64,000 nucleotides of DNA from Acidimicrobiaceae bacterium (GCA_003169675.1 PNAT01000179.1:3759-67758); one strand, 5' to 3'. Positions 35,572 to 45,116 are shown, numbered from the stretch's first letter. Notes: a model not told the origin generated them from the letters alone. Numbers and translations: made by a program.

Positions 35572-38364
35572 TCACACCGCCTGTCGAGTTGGGAGAACCG
35601 TATCGTCATCGTCCTGAAGGACGATGACTTCGCCGTTTGGTGGTCTCGGCGCGCTAAGGAGGCAGTAGAGGTCCACCGTGTCGGCGTCAAGGTCGGCAGC
35701 TACGTCACCATCAGTGCCGAGCAGCGCATGAAGCTCCTGCCAGATGCTCTGGAGTTCGGAATTGCCTCTGGCTGCTCGGAGGAGGATGCGCCAGAGACCC
35801 ATGTCGTAGCGGTTGGCGAGCTGGCCTTGGCGGGCAGCCCAGGTGGCGAGTTGGGGGTCGCCAGCGGACAAGGCCTGTTCGGCGAGAGTCACGGCAGCGT
35901 CGGTGATGTCGTCGATGACCACGTAGGAGATTCCGCTGGCCGAGGTCCACGGCTCGGGGTTGTTACCGAAGGGGATACCCCGGACAAGCGAGAGCGCTTT
36001 CCGTAGCCTTTCGGTCTCCCCGCTCGAGGCAAAGGATCGGAATGTGGTCCAGTCGGTGCGGATTCCCTCGGAGAGGGTAAGTCGCTGGGTGTTGCGGTCG
36101 TAGGCGAGGAGATCTGGAAGCCCGGTCACCGCTTCGAGGGAACGGCGGGTGAGAAGGACGAGATTACGTATGTACCCATCGCTCAGGACCTTGTCGGGGG
36201 AGACGTCGGTCAGCCATTGACCCCGGGTTGCGGTCCCGTCGTGAGCGGCGAGGTAGACGAGCAGCTCGACCACGCGCCGGGCTTTCGTCCCAGCAGTCGG
36301 ATAGACAGCGTCGACGAGGTCTCGGGCTTCGCCGTCTCCAACGGCGATAGTGGGTTCTCCGAAGAACCCGAGAGTGACCTGACCGATAGGAGCGACGTCG
36401 AGTGGTGTGGTCGGCATGTTGAACGACTGGTACGGCACGGCACCTGGGTGGATTTCGGAGAGATCGAGGAGGTCCTTGACTTGGCTGAGGTTCTCGTCGG
36501 CGACGTGTGTCGGCTCGACGGGGTAGAAGTGGTGAGCTTCGAGGACCGGCTCGTTCGGATCGACAATGAGGTCGACGCCAGCCGGCGGGATGGGCCCGGC
36601 AGTGACCAGCCGCAGGGCCGCCGCACCGCGGGCCAGATCGGCGAGCTGGCCGCTGACCATGTCGGCGTCGACCAGGACGACGCTCTTCACCCCTGGCCTG
36701 ATGTGGGTGAGAGCAGTGTCGAGATCGTCGGTGACGACGGCATTGTCGAACCGGTCGATCACGCCGTGGCCGAAACCGACCGCCAGGACCGTCGGCGCTT
36801 GGGATCCGGTCGAGGCGGCGAGTTCGGTGCCGATGGCAGCGAGGGTTCCGGACACCTCGGCTGCGTCGACGTTGATGTGGACATTGCGGTAGTGGTCGAG
36901 GTTCACGAGGAGGGTGCCATCTGTGCCCCGACCAACGCTGAACAGCGTGAGGGGAACCGGATCTGCCACTACCGTGTCGTCGAGGACACCGGGGTCGGCA
37001 GGCGCCGGCAGGTGCCAGACGGCTGGCTCCCCGGACTGGCTCTCGAATGGAGCGGGTGGAGCGCCGGCGTCATCTGTGACGAAGATGTCAAGACCATGGG
37101 GACGGACGTGGACCCCGAGGACCTCAGGCCGAGGTGCGCCGGCCCGGTCAGCGGCGTGGACCAGGAGGTCACCAAGGCGATCGAGCCAGAACAGGCTGTC
37201 GGCCCGGGCGTAGTGGCGAAGCTGGAGCTCGAGGTCGGCCAGCGGGGTGTGCGGCACGGGCAGGGGAATGCGTCTGCCGGGGGTGCGCCGCATGGTCTGG
37301 CGCCGTCGTCGGCGATCAAGAGCACCGACCAGTCCGATGGCGGCCAGACCGAAGATACCGGTGCCGATTGCCAGTGCGGCGACGTCATCGCCTTGCCCAG
37401 CTGACCTACCACGGTGAGTCCCTTCAGGCATGTGGGTATTACCCGGGCCGCGCAGGGTCGCTCTGACGTGCTGAGCCGCGGGCGGAGCGTGCTGAGCCGG
37501 CACCGTGGCGGGGGTGCCGTTCTGGTGGGGGCGCTGCCCGGTGTCCAGGTGGGTGTGGGACCGAGGGCTACCCGTGTTGTTCAATTCGTGGGTGCTGACG
37601 TCGTGCTCCGGCTGGACGGCGCTGTGTTGGTTGCCGCCGGACATGGCATGGACGGCCGGCACCGGTTTGGGCAGGTCCGGGTGTGCGGCGGGTGCGGCCG
37701 GTACGGTCCGGACGACGTTAGGGATGACGAGGGTCCAGCCGGGGTAGATCCAGTGGGCGTCGGTGAGCGCACCGCCACCGGGTTGGGGTACCCCGACGTT
37801 GGCCTGGTAGATGGCCACCCATTGCTCGCCCCCGCCGTAGTAGGTGACGGCGATGCCCCATAAGGTGTCTCCGGCCACCACGGTGTGGGTCACCGTGCTC
37901 GGCTGCGCACTGGCCGGTGCCACGGTGTCGGCCACGAGCTGCACGACGGGGGCGACAGCGACAACGCGGGCCGTCGGCACGCGGAGTTGGCCCAGGACGA
38001 CGATCGCGGTGATGAGGGCGGCCACGACACTGTGGCTCCCGAGACGTGGACCCCGGTTGGCTCCCCGACCGCGAAGGTGGGCCACCAGATTGACCGCTAT
38101 GGAGAAAGCGAGGTAGGCCCAGGCCAGCCAACCGAGCGTTGCGAATAGGTGGGGCCAGAACGAGTCCGGGATCGGGGCCCGCAAGGCATTCGCGAGCTGG
38201 CCACCTGTGGGGAGATGGTGCGGGAGGGGCCAGCCGACCGTCTTGGTCAGGATGGCCGGGATGCCGACCAATCCGGCGGCCAGCACGGCGAGTGCGCCGA
38301 GTCCTTCTGCGAGCTGGCGGGTTGTGGGCCGGGTAGTGGCCCCGTTGGTTGTGTGCATGGTCAT
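35572..38364 (-). CDS. Membrane protein with LysM domain and C-terminal BTAD/SARP-like domain (last gene of the Tad locus)
   Basis: Trimmed to the ATG at 38364, an ATGA overlap with the upstream gene. TM helices, then LysM HTVVAGDTLWGIAVTYYGGGEQWVAIYQAN...IYPGWTLVIP. The C-terminus LRKALSLVRGIPF...WRILLRA is BTAD-like. Confidence 0.7.
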   Translation of the reverse strand: MTMHTTNGATTRPTTRQLAEGLGALAVLAAGLVGIPAILTKTVGWPLPHHLPTGGQLANALRAPIPDSFWPHLFATLGWLAWAYLAFSIAVNLVAHLRGRGANRGPRLGSHSVVAALITAIVVLGQLRVPTARVVAVAPVVQLVADTVAPASAQPSTVTHTVVAGDTLWGIAVTYYGGGEQWVAIYQANVGVPQPGGGALTDAHWIYPGWTLVIPNVVRTVPAAPAAHPDLPKPVPAVHAMSGGNQHSAVQPEHDVSTHELNNTGSPRSHTHLDTGQRPHQNGTPATVPAQHAPPAAQHVRATLRGPGNTHMPEGTHRGRSAGQGDDVAALAIGTGIFGLAAIGLVGALDRRRRRQTMRRTPGRRIPLPVPHTPLADLELQLRHYARADSLFWLDRLGDLLVHAADRAGAPRPEVLGVHVRPHGLDIFVTDDAGAPPAPFESQSGEPAVWHLPAPADPGVLDDTVVADPVPLTLFSVGRGTDGTLLVNLDHYRNVHINVDAAEVSGTLAAIGTELAASTGSQAPTVLAVGFGHGVIDRFDNAVVTDDLDTALTHIRPGVKSVVLVDADMVSGQLADLARGAAALRLVTAGPIPPAGVDLIVDPNEPVLEAHHFYPVEPTHVADENLSQVKDLLDLSEIHPGAVPYQSFNMPTTPLDVAPIGQVTLGFFGEPTIAVGDGEARDLVDAVYPTAGTKARRVVELLVYLAAHDGTATRGQWLTDVSPDKVLSDGYIRNLVLLTRRSLEAVTGLPDLLAYDRNTQRLTLSEGIRTDWTTFRSFASSGETERLRKALSLVRGIPFGNNPEPWTSASGISYVVIDDITDAAVTLAEQALSAGDPQLATWAARQGQLANRYDMGLWRILLRAARGNSELQSIWQELHALLGTDGDVAADLDADTVDLYCLLSAPRPPNGEVIVLQDDDDTVLPTRQAV

Positions 38365-38828
38365 CCTCCCGAGGTGACGCCACTCACGACGGTGGCAGAT
38401 TGAGTCACGTTGATCTGGAGGCTCCCGACCCCGATGATGCCGAGCAGCTGGGTCGGCAGCCGGTAGCTGATCTGGGCGTAGACGGTGTTGCCGTCGACCC
38501 AGGCGGAGCCGGGTTGGCCGGCGAACGCCATGTAGCTCTCTGCCGCGCTGACCGCCGTGTTGGGGTCGAGGGAAACCGTGCTGGCGTGGAGCTGGCCGAC
38601 GTCGAGAGAGCCCGCACCGGCCCGGGCGGCCTGTTCGGCTTCGGAGGCGGCGGCCTGTTCGGCGTCGAAGTAGTGGCCGCCGTCGGCCACGAGGCCGGCG
38701 AGCGCGAGGAACATGGTCATGAACACGCACGTCATGGCCAGCAGCTGGCCTTCCTCGGAGCGGTGGCAGCGAGCGTGCCAGCGGGCGCGCAAACGACAGA
38801 GGCGGGCGGTCATGACTGCGCCCGTCAT
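38361..38828 (-). CDS. TadE/TadG-like pilus assembly (pseudopilin-like) protein
   Basis: N-terminal hydrophobic segment MTCVFMTMFLALAGLVADGG. ATGA overlaps on both sides. Located within the Tad locus. Confidence 0.55.
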   Translation of the reverse strand: MTGAVMTARLCRLRARWHARCHRSEEGQLLAMTCVFMTMFLALAGLVADGGHYFDAEQAAASEAEQAARAGAGSLDVGQLHASTVSLDPNTAVSAAESYMAFAGQPGSAWVDGNTVYAQISYRLPTQLLGIIGVGSLQINVTQSATVVSGVTSGG

Positions 38829-39283
38829 GAGACTGCCCGGTACGGGTCAATGTGAGCCGACGACGTGGCGGTCAGGGTCTTTGTACCCGGGACCCCAGGG
38901 ACGGACACGTCAGCCAGGCTGGTGACGCAGGTGACCGTGACCGACACCCATCCTCCGGCCACGAAGTTGGCCGTGTCGACGCTTATCCCCGGCGCGGTGC
39001 AGGTGAGCCCCGCTCCGGCCAGGGTGCCCTCCGCCGCCGTGGTGGCCTCACTCTGGGCCCGGGCCGGGTCGGCTTGGACGACGGCGGCCTGGACGCCGGC
39101 CCGGGCGGCGGATTCGACGTCTCCCTGAGCCGAGTCGATCCGCCCAAGGGCCACCATGAGGACGATGACGATCAAGAGAACCGGGGCGACGATCACCAGC
39201 TCGGCGATGGCCGATCCCTCCTCACTTCTGGGCCGCCGGGGTCGCTCAGCCACTTGGGGCAAATGCCTTGAGTTCTCAGGCAA
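38825..39283 (-). CDS. TadE-like protein
   Basis: EEGSAIAELVIVAPVLLIVIVLMVALGR is a typical TadE N-terminus. The start is uncertain: TTG at 39283 or GTG at 39253. Confidence 0.6.
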   Translation of the reverse strand: MPENSRHLPQVAERPRRPRSEEGSAIAELVIVAPVLLIVIVLMVALGRIDSAQGDVESAARAGVQAAVVQADPARAQSEATTAAEGTLAGAGLTCTAPGISVDTANFVAGGWVSVTVTCVTSLADVSVPGVPGTKTLTATSSAHIDPYRAVS

Positions 39284-39422
39284 GGTGTTCCTCCAGTTGA
39301 GACGTTGTTCCTGGCCGCGGCCGGCGCGAAGGGAGATTCGGAGGATCTGACCGTTTCTCGGATTTGCGCGTTAGTCTTCGAGAATCATGATGATCTGTCG
39401 ACCCTGGTGAACTGAGCAAACC

Positions 39423-40508
39423 ATGGGTTTGGCGGTCGTGCGATCGATTGGCACGGCGCGCAGCATGCGCACGGTCACCGATCTCGAGGATCTCGAGCAG
39501 GAGCTCGTCGACCAGTACTGCCTCGCCATGGCCGGAGCGGGCACCACGGATCGCCACATCGCTGGTGAGCGAGGCATGTTGTTCGAGTTCGTGAGATTCC
39601 TGGGACGGCCCTTGTGGACCGCTACTCCCGAAGATGCTGACGCGTTCATGGTGTCGCTGCGACGGAACAAGCAGGCCAAGGCCACCGTGCAATCGAAGGC
39701 TGGTGCGCTGACCCGGTTCTTCGAGTTCGTCATCACTCGCTATCAAGGCGATGTGCAAGCGATCGCCGGTGTGGTTGTCGTTCAACCGATCGACGAGTTC
39801 AATCGGCCAGCCAAGGCATCGGGATTCGGGGCGCCTCGGGTGCCTCCGTCCAACGACGAGATCGACGTGCTGTTCAACGCGTGGCGAGCCGCGCTTCCCG
39901 GGATGCGCAAGTACCTGCCCGCTGCTCGGGACTACATGGCCGCGTCGCTGTGGCGACGCATCGGGCTTCGGATCAACGAGACGGCGATGCTGGATCTGCG
40001 CGACTGGCGCCCGGACCTCGGCGGGCACGGCAAGCTGCACGTCCGTTATGGAAAGGGCAGCCGAGGCCGAGGCCCCAAGACCAGGCTGGTGCCCGGTATT
40101 AACTCGGTCGACACCCTCATGGAATGGTGGCTGTGCGATGTCCGTCACCAGTTCGGCGACGACTGGGAGGACCTCGACGCACCACTGCTGCCCTCCGAGC
40201 GCCGCGACCCCGACACGGGGCGGTGCGGCCGTGTCGGCACCAATGCGCTTCGTGTGGGAATGGCCAACTCCGTGAACCGGTGGCTCCCCACCTGGTCGGG
40301 ACGACTGACCCCGCACGGCATGCGTCACTTCTGCGCGTCGTCGATGTACGCGCACGGGGTTGGACTCAAGGCCATCCAAGAGCTGCTCGGTCACGAGTGG
40401 CTGTCCACCACGACCGGCTACATCCACGTGCACGCCGATCACATTGAGCACGCCTGGGTGCAAGCGAGTGACCGTATCGCCAACCGACTCGACGGCAAAG
40501 GAGATTGA
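39423..40508 (+). CDS. Tyrosine recombinase/integrase
   Basis: Catalytic signature LRINETAMLDL (Arg), HGMRHFCASS (HxxR) and LLGHEWLSTTTGYIHV (His...Tyr). An alternative start is the ATG at 39465. Confidence 0.8.
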   Translation: MGLAVVRSIGTARSMRTVTDLEDLEQELVDQYCLAMAGAGTTDRHIAGERGMLFEFVRFLGRPLWTATPEDADAFMVSLRRNKQAKATVQSKAGALTRFFEFVITRYQGDVQAIAGVVVVQPIDEFNRPAKASGFGAPRVPPSNDEIDVLFNAWRAALPGMRKYLPAARDYMAASLWRRIGLRINETAMLDLRDWRPDLGGHGKLHVRYGKGSRGRGPKTRLVPGINSVDTLMEWWLCDVRHQFGDDWEDLDAPLLPSERRDPDTGRCGRVGTNALRVGMANSVNRWLPTWSGRLTPHGMRHFCASSMYAHGVGLKAIQELLGHEWLSTTTGYIHVHADHIEHAWVQASDRIANRLDGKGD

Positions 40509-40512
40509 ATCG

Positions 40513-40833
40513 ATGCAGTGGAACTTGCGCATGAAGGCTGCCGAAGCTGGTATCTGGAAGTCAACGGAACTTCGTCGCCAACTCGCCGATGCTGGCCTGG
40601 TGATCTCGGCGGGGAAGATGTCGGCTTTGTGGACCGGCACCCCCACCAGCATCCGCCTGGACGACCTCGACGTGATCTGCGTGGTGTTGGAGTGCGCGCC
40701 ATCAGACCTGCTGTTGCCCGAGCCAGACAAGATCGCCGTCGCCACGCCAGCCAAGGAGGCAACGAGCGGCACGGTGGGGCCAAGGCGGGCGGCACCCCGG
40801 TTGGGTCGCCAACGCTCGACCCCGCCGATGTGA
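40513..40833 (+). CDS. XRE/Cro-type helix-turn-helix protein
   Basis: STELRRQLADAGLVISAGKMSALWTG.PTSIRLDDLDVICVVLECAPSDLL is a classic HTH_3-like pattern. It starts 5 nt after the upstream stop. Confidence 0.7.
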   Translation: MQWNLRMKAAEAGIWKSTELRRQLADAGLVISAGKMSALWTGTPTSIRLDDLDVICVVLECAPSDLLLPEPDKIAVATPAKEATSGTVGPRRAAPRLGRQRSTPPM

Positions 40834-42518
40834 GCACACCCCGCAACTGTGATGGTTGTGGCACCAAGGCTGTCGCCACCAAGATGCACCGCTTCTGCTT
40901 CAGCTGCGAGCCTGGCGGACCCTATGAACCGCCGCCATGCCAACGTTGCGGTTCCACCGACGACTACTACTCCGCCGGGCTGTGCGTCCGTTGCCACCAA
41001 TGGGCCCCACAGCCGGTCACCTCGTGTCGAGACTGCCTTGCATGGGGTGTTCGCCGCATCCACGGCGGACTGTGCTTGGCCTGTGTCGCGTGGCGGAAGA
41101 AGAACCCGAGGATGAGCTGTTGCCGTGTCTGCAAACGGAGGCGCCATGTCAATGTCGATATGGCCTGTCGGCTCTGCTGGCGCCAGGCCATGGCGTCGAA
41201 GAGGCCACGAGAACCGCTCGAACTGCTCCGTCGGAACCGGCACGGTCAACAGCTGTTCATTGCCGACATCGGTCGCATCTCGATGGTGCCGCCTAGGCAG
41301 CACGAACCTCGTCCACCAGCACGATCCAGGCGGGTTCACCAGCTGAGCTTGTTCGACCCGCCCAAGCAGACATGGCTGTCTGTCCACGGGTTCGGCGAAC
41401 CACCCAACCCAATGCTGGCCAAGCTGATCGACACCACCTGTCTCGACCACGCCATCCATCACGGCTGGAGCAAGGGCACCACCCAACGGACTCGGTGGTC
41501 GCTGCGGGCACTGCTCGGCATGCTCCAACACCGTGACGGTCCATTGGCGGCGAGCACAGTGATCGCTCGGATGGACGGAACGGGCTGGCCGGTCCGGCCG
41601 GTGCTCGCCATTCTTGACGAGGTCGGGATGCTCGACGACGATCGCATTCCCGCCGTCGACCTCTGGTTCCGACGAGCAATCGCCGGATTGCCTCCCCAGA
41701 TCACCGCTGAATTGCAGGCCTGGTCCGACGTGCTGCGCCACGGCAGCACCACCACACCACGAAGTGCGCCGCGCCAGCCCATCTTGATCCGAACCCGCTG
41801 CTATTGGGCCCTCCCCACCATCCGATCCTGGGCCGAGGGTGGCCGGCAATCGCTGCGCGAGATCTCTCGGGACGACGTGCTCGCAGCGCTGCCGAGCAGC
41901 GGCAACGCCCGAGCCACGACGGCGATCGGCCTGCGCTCCATCTTCAGGGTTCTCAAGGCTCGCAAGATCATCTTCGTCAACCCCACTACCCGACTCAACG
42001 CCGGCACCGTCGCCAGTCGTGAGCCTCTTCCCATCGATGTCGATCGACTCCGTGAGATCCTCCAGAGAGACGATCCCGCCCGGGCAGCGCTTGGAGGGCT
42101 CATCATCTTCCACGGGTTGAGCGCACTTGACCTCTGCGCTCTCACGCTCACCGACATACGCGGCTCGCGGCTCGCCATCGGTAATCGGACGATCCCACTC
42201 GCTCCAGCTGTCAGCCAACGCATCGCCGCCTGGCTCAACCATCGCAACTCCCGCTGGCCCAACACAGCCAACCCCCACCTGTTCGTCCATTTCCGGAGCG
42301 CGATCACCCTCGGCCCCGTCGGTACACAATGGCTTCGCCTCACCCTCGGCGTACCCGTTCGGGCCCTTCGCGAGGACCGCATCCTCAACGAAGCTCATGC
42401 CACCCACGGAGACGTCCGTCGCATCGTCGACCTGTTCGGCCTGAGTGCCAATGCCGCCGCCCGCTACACGAGGACCGTCGATCATCCCGATCTCCTCCAT
42501 TTCGACGAAATCCTGTAG
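40830..42518 (+). CDS. Zinc-ribbon-rich protein with C-terminal tyrosine-recombinase-like domain (catalytic residues apparently degenerate)
   Basis: GTGA overlap with the HTH gene. Eight CxxC pairs lie in the first ~120 aa (CDGC, CFSC, CQRC, CVRC, CRDC, CLAC, CRVC, CRLC). The C-terminal integrase-like fold signature is GLRSIFRVL..., LREDRILNEA..., AARYTR. Confidence 0.6.
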   Translation: MSTPRNCDGCGTKAVATKMHRFCFSCEPGGPYEPPPCQRCGSTDDYYSAGLCVRCHQWAPQPVTSCRDCLAWGVRRIHGGLCLACVAWRKKNPRMSCCRVCKRRRHVNVDMACRLCWRQAMASKRPREPLELLRRNRHGQQLFIADIGRISMVPPRQHEPRPPARSRRVHQLSLFDPPKQTWLSVHGFGEPPNPMLAKLIDTTCLDHAIHHGWSKGTTQRTRWSLRALLGMLQHRDGPLAASTVIARMDGTGWPVRPVLAILDEVGMLDDDRIPAVDLWFRRAIAGLPPQITAELQAWSDVLRHGSTTTPRSAPRQPILIRTRCYWALPTIRSWAEGGRQSLREISRDDVLAALPSSGNARATTAIGLRSIFRVLKARKIIFVNPTTRLNAGTVASREPLPIDVDRLREILQRDDPARAALGGLIIFHGLSALDLCALTLTDIRGSRLAIGNRTIPLAPAVSQRIAAWLNHRNSRWPNTANPHLFVHFRSAITLGPVGTQWLRLTLGVPVRALREDRILNEAHATHGDVRRIVDLFGLSANAAARYTRTVDHPDLLHFDEIL

Positions 42519-42643
42519 TCCGATGACCGCGCACTCACCCGACACCCCTCGGGTCGCGGAACCCGAGCGTTCCGGTGCGCTCCAAATCGGACACCCACGC
42601 TCGGGTTTGAGCCCCGCAGGGCTTCGGAAATCCTGAACTCGAG

Positions 42644-43021
42644 TCAATTGGTGCGGTACTTCTGGATGGGGGCGTCGCTCGTGGCCGACACGGTGAGGTC
42701 GAACCAGGGGATGAGCGCCTGGGTCCGTCCGCTGACCGTGACCTGAGCCACGTCACCCGAGAGTGTCGTGGTCGAGACCGACGCGTTGGTGAGGGTGCCC
42801 GGACCAGTGGTGGCGATGAACTGGTAGGCGGCCTGGGTGCCCGCTGTCTCAGTTGAGCCGTAGCCCGACGCCACCTGGCTGCCCTGCTCGGCCGCGGCGC
42901 GGGCCAAGTGGGCGGCGTGGGACCACAGGGCGAACTGAATGCCGGCCACGACCAGGAGGAAGAAAACGGGGAGGCAGATGACAAAGTCCGCGAATCCCTC
43001 CTCTCCTCGACCTCTGTGCAT
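42644..43021 (-). CDS. TadE-like protein
   Basis: Trimmed to the ATG at 43021. EEGFADFVICLPVFFLLVVAGIQFALW is a TadE-type N-terminus. Confidence 0.65.
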   Translation of the reverse strand: MHRGRGEEGFADFVICLPVFFLLVVAGIQFALWSHAAHLARAAAEQGSQVASGYGSTETAGTQAAYQFIATTGPGTLTNASVSTTTLSGDVAQVTVSGRTQALIPWFDLTVSATSDAPIQKYRTN

Positions 43022-43056
43022 CCAGGCCGGCTTCCGGCCCTGCGGGACAGCTCGGG

Positions 43057-43320
43057 TCACGGGGTCTGGATGTTGTTGGCGGTGTTGGTGAGCTTGGCGG
43101 TGACGATGCCGACGATGACGATGGCAGCGGCCACGACGAGGGCGGTGACCACCACCCACGAGGCGATCTCGCCACGTTCGTCGGCGGCGATGAGGGAGGA
43201 CCGGGCGGACAGATAGGCGCGTAGGAAGCTGAGAGTGGTCCTGACCGACTCGAAGGCCGAGCGCGCCAAGGTCTTGATCTTCTCTGTGTGGTCCTGGATG
43301 GTGACGTTGGGGGATGCCAT
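43057..43320 (-). CDS. Flp/Fap-type pilin-like protein with long leader
   Basis: 87 aa. DERGEIASWVVVTALVVAAAIVIVGIV resembles the G/xxxxE(Y/W) Flp processing region followed by a hydrophobic helix. It sits immediately 3' of tadC. Confidence 0.55.
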   Translation of the reverse strand: MASPNVTIQDHTEKIKTLARSAFESVRTTLSFLRAYLSARSSLIAADERGEIASWVVVTALVVAAAIVIVGIVTAKLTNTANNIQTP

Positions 43321-43382
43321 GGGATTCCTTTCGCTGTTGGGTGGTTGGGTTCAGATGTGGCTGGGTTCAGATATGGCGGCAA

Positions 43383-44285
43383 TCAGAGGTGGCTGCCGGT
43401 GAAGGCGGCAAGGGCGGGATAGAAGACGAGGACGCCGTAGCCGGCCATGAGGAACACGCCGGGCAGCAGCATCTTCTGAGTGACGGCCTGGGCGGCGTCT
43501 TCGAGGGCGGAGGTCTCCTTGAGGCGCATCGACTGGGCTTTGGCGTCGAGCGAGTCGCGGATGCGGGCCCCGTCGCCGGCCCCCGACATGGCCCGGGCCA
43601 GATCGGTGAGGTCCGGCAGATTGAAGCGAACGGCGAGACGCTCCAAGCCTTCCCAGGGCTGTCTGCGATAGGCCTGCGCCCACAGCAGGGACTGGGCGAT
43701 CTCATCCATGGCCCAGTCGGTCGACGACACGGTGGAGGCGACCTCCAGAGCGCTGGACCATCCCATGGCGCCGGCCATGGCCATGGACACCAACGACGCG
43801 TAAGTGGACAGCGAATGGCAGAAGTGCCGTCGGCGGCGCTCGGCTGCCTTGTGAAGATCGACGAACGGGCTGATCGCCCCCGCGGTGCCGAGGACCAGGA
43901 CGCCGAGGGTCGGAACTTCGAAGCTGAGGTGGAGGCCGATGGCACCCATGGCGGCCCAGAGCACCGGGCCGAGCAGGGCGAGCCCGATGGCGTAGCCGAC
44001 GACTTTGACGGCGAAGGCCTCGATGGGGGTGCCGGTGATGGCCAGGTCGGGCAGGACGATCTCGGCCAGGCGGGGGATCTTCTTGACGTTGGTATCGACG
44101 AGGTGCCCGGCCAGGTGCCGGGTGCCACCGACCCGGTGGTTCAGGACGTCGACGGGGGCGGGGGTGTGGTCACCGCTGAGTCGGGCCAGGGCGGCTCGCA
44201 GCGTCAGTGGCGGCGGGAACAAGCCCCAGAGCACGGTGGCCAGTCCGACACCCAAACCAAGTCCAATGACGACGATAAAGGCCAC
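43383..44285 (-). CDS. tadC: Type II secretion system F-family protein TadC
   Basis: Polytopic membrane protein in the tadB-tadC pair position. The GTG start abuts the tadB stop. Confidence 0.7.
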   Translation of the reverse strand: MAFIVVIGLGLGVGLATVLWGLFPPPLTLRAALARLSGDHTPAPVDVLNHRVGGTRHLAGHLVDTNVKKIPRLAEIVLPDLAITGTPIEAFAVKVVGYAIGLALLGPVLWAAMGAIGLHLSFEVPTLGVLVLGTAGAISPFVDLHKAAERRRRHFCHSLSTYASLVSMAMAGAMGWSSALEVASTVSSTDWAMDEIAQSLLWAQAYRRQPWEGLERLAVRFNLPDLTDLARAMSGAGDGARIRDSLDAKAQSMRLKETSALEDAAQAVTQKMLLPGVFLMAGYGVLVFYPALAAFTGSHL

Positions 44286-45116
44286 CTATTTGCCTTTCTC
44301 GAAGAGCCGGGGCATGGGCTGGGGGCGCGACAGGCGGTTCATGGCGGCGAACCCGCAGGCGAACAGGGAGGCGACACAGAGCAGGGCGACCTGACCGGCC
44401 GGAGTGCCGAAGGGTCTGAAGTAGCCGTGGCCGATGACCAGGATGCCGAGCGTGAAGACGAGAGTGACGGCGATCACGAGGCGCATGTCACGCCGTGGTT
44501 TGGATCGGGCGACCTCGGTCCGTTGCCACAGCGCAATCTGGTCGCGTGTGCTCCTCGCCGCGCTGGCCAGCAGGCTCTGGAGGTCCGAACCACCGAAGCG
44601 CGCCGCCAGGATGAGCGGGGCGATCGCTTCGTCAACGGCGGCATCGCCCAGTTCGGCGGCAAAGGTGTATAGGGCCCCGTCGAGCGGGGTGCCGCTCTTG
44701 ATGCGCGCGACCAGGCGGGCGACGTTGCCCTTGATGCTCGGCGGGGCGCTCCGTTCGGTGGACTCGATGGCCGCCAGCAGTCCCCGATGGGCGGCCACGC
44801 TGTCGCGGAGCGCCTCGATCCAGGTGGCGAGAGCCTCGAGGCGGCCGACGACACGCCGCGAGGTGTTCGGCTGCACGGCGGATCGGAGCGTCCAGCCCAC
44901 GGCCCCGCCGATGGCGGCGCCGACCGGCCAGTGGGTCACCAGCCCGACCATGACGGCGAGGAACACGGCGCAGGCGGCGGCCTGGCGGTTGGCGGGGTCG
45001 ACCCGCCTGATCAAGGACAACCGGGCGGCCGGGCGGGCCGTGGACCAGATGCCCCCGATGGCGAGGGCCAGGCCCACGCCGATGCCGGCGCCGAAGAGGA
45101 CGACGACCGGGGTCAC
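44286..45116 (-). CDS. tadB: Type II secretion system F-family protein TadB
   Basis: Trimmed to the GTG at 45116, a GTGA overlap with the cpaF stop. Polytopic membrane protein. Confidence 0.7.
   Translation of the reverse strand: MTPVVVLFGAGIGVGLALAIGGIWSTARPAARLSLIRRVDPANRQAAACAVFLAVMVGLVTHWPVGAAIGGAVGWTLRSAVQPNTSRRVVGRLEALATWIEALRDSVAAHRGLLAAIESTERSAPPSIKGNVARLVARIKSGTPLDGALYTFAAELGDAAVDEAIAPLILAARFGGSDLQSLLASAARSTRDQIALWQRTEVARSKPRRDMRLVIAVTLVFTLGILVIGHGYFRPFGTPAGQVALLCVASLFACGFAAMNRLSRPQPMPRLFEKGK

Larger units (their letters stand above)
39284..42643. mobile_element. Three-gene recombinase module (Tyr recombinase, XRE HTH, Zn-ribbon Tyr-recombinase-like) inserted antisense between tadE paralogues
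   Basis: Three overlapping or adjacent plus-strand genes lie inside an otherwise uninterrupted minus-strand Tad operon. The ends are not defined, and only a weak 16-nt similarity links 39337-39352 and 42623-42638. Confidence 0.45.

Noticed and set aside
38365-38850. N-terminal 162-codon extension of the LysM/BTAD gene, and similar 5' extensions of ORFs 1348-3324, 4387-6084, 13468-14112, 29505-30824, 44286-45464 and 45113-46603
   Set aside because: The extensions overlap the preceding genes in another frame and are Arg/Pro-rich. Internal starts create ATGA/GTGA junctions or have good Shine-Dalgarno sequences.
39337-42638. Possible direct repeats TTCGGAGGATCTGACC / TTCGGAAATCCTGAAC flanking the recombinase module
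   Set aside because: Only 11 of 16 positions match, which could arise by chance in GC-rich DNA. It is kept as a note and not used to define the element ends.
39276-42647. 1123-aa minus-strand ORF spanning the whole recombinase module
   Set aside because: It lies antisense to three plus-strand genes that carry clear catalytic or HTH motifs. Its translation is Arg/Gly/Pro/Ala-rich with no motif, which is the typical shadow ORF of high-GC DNA.
43314-44672. 452-aa plus-strand ORF opposite tadB/tadC
   Set aside because: It is an antisense shadow ORF with a Gly/Asp/Glu-rich translation. The minus-strand frames encode polytopic T2SS-F-type proteins in operon order.
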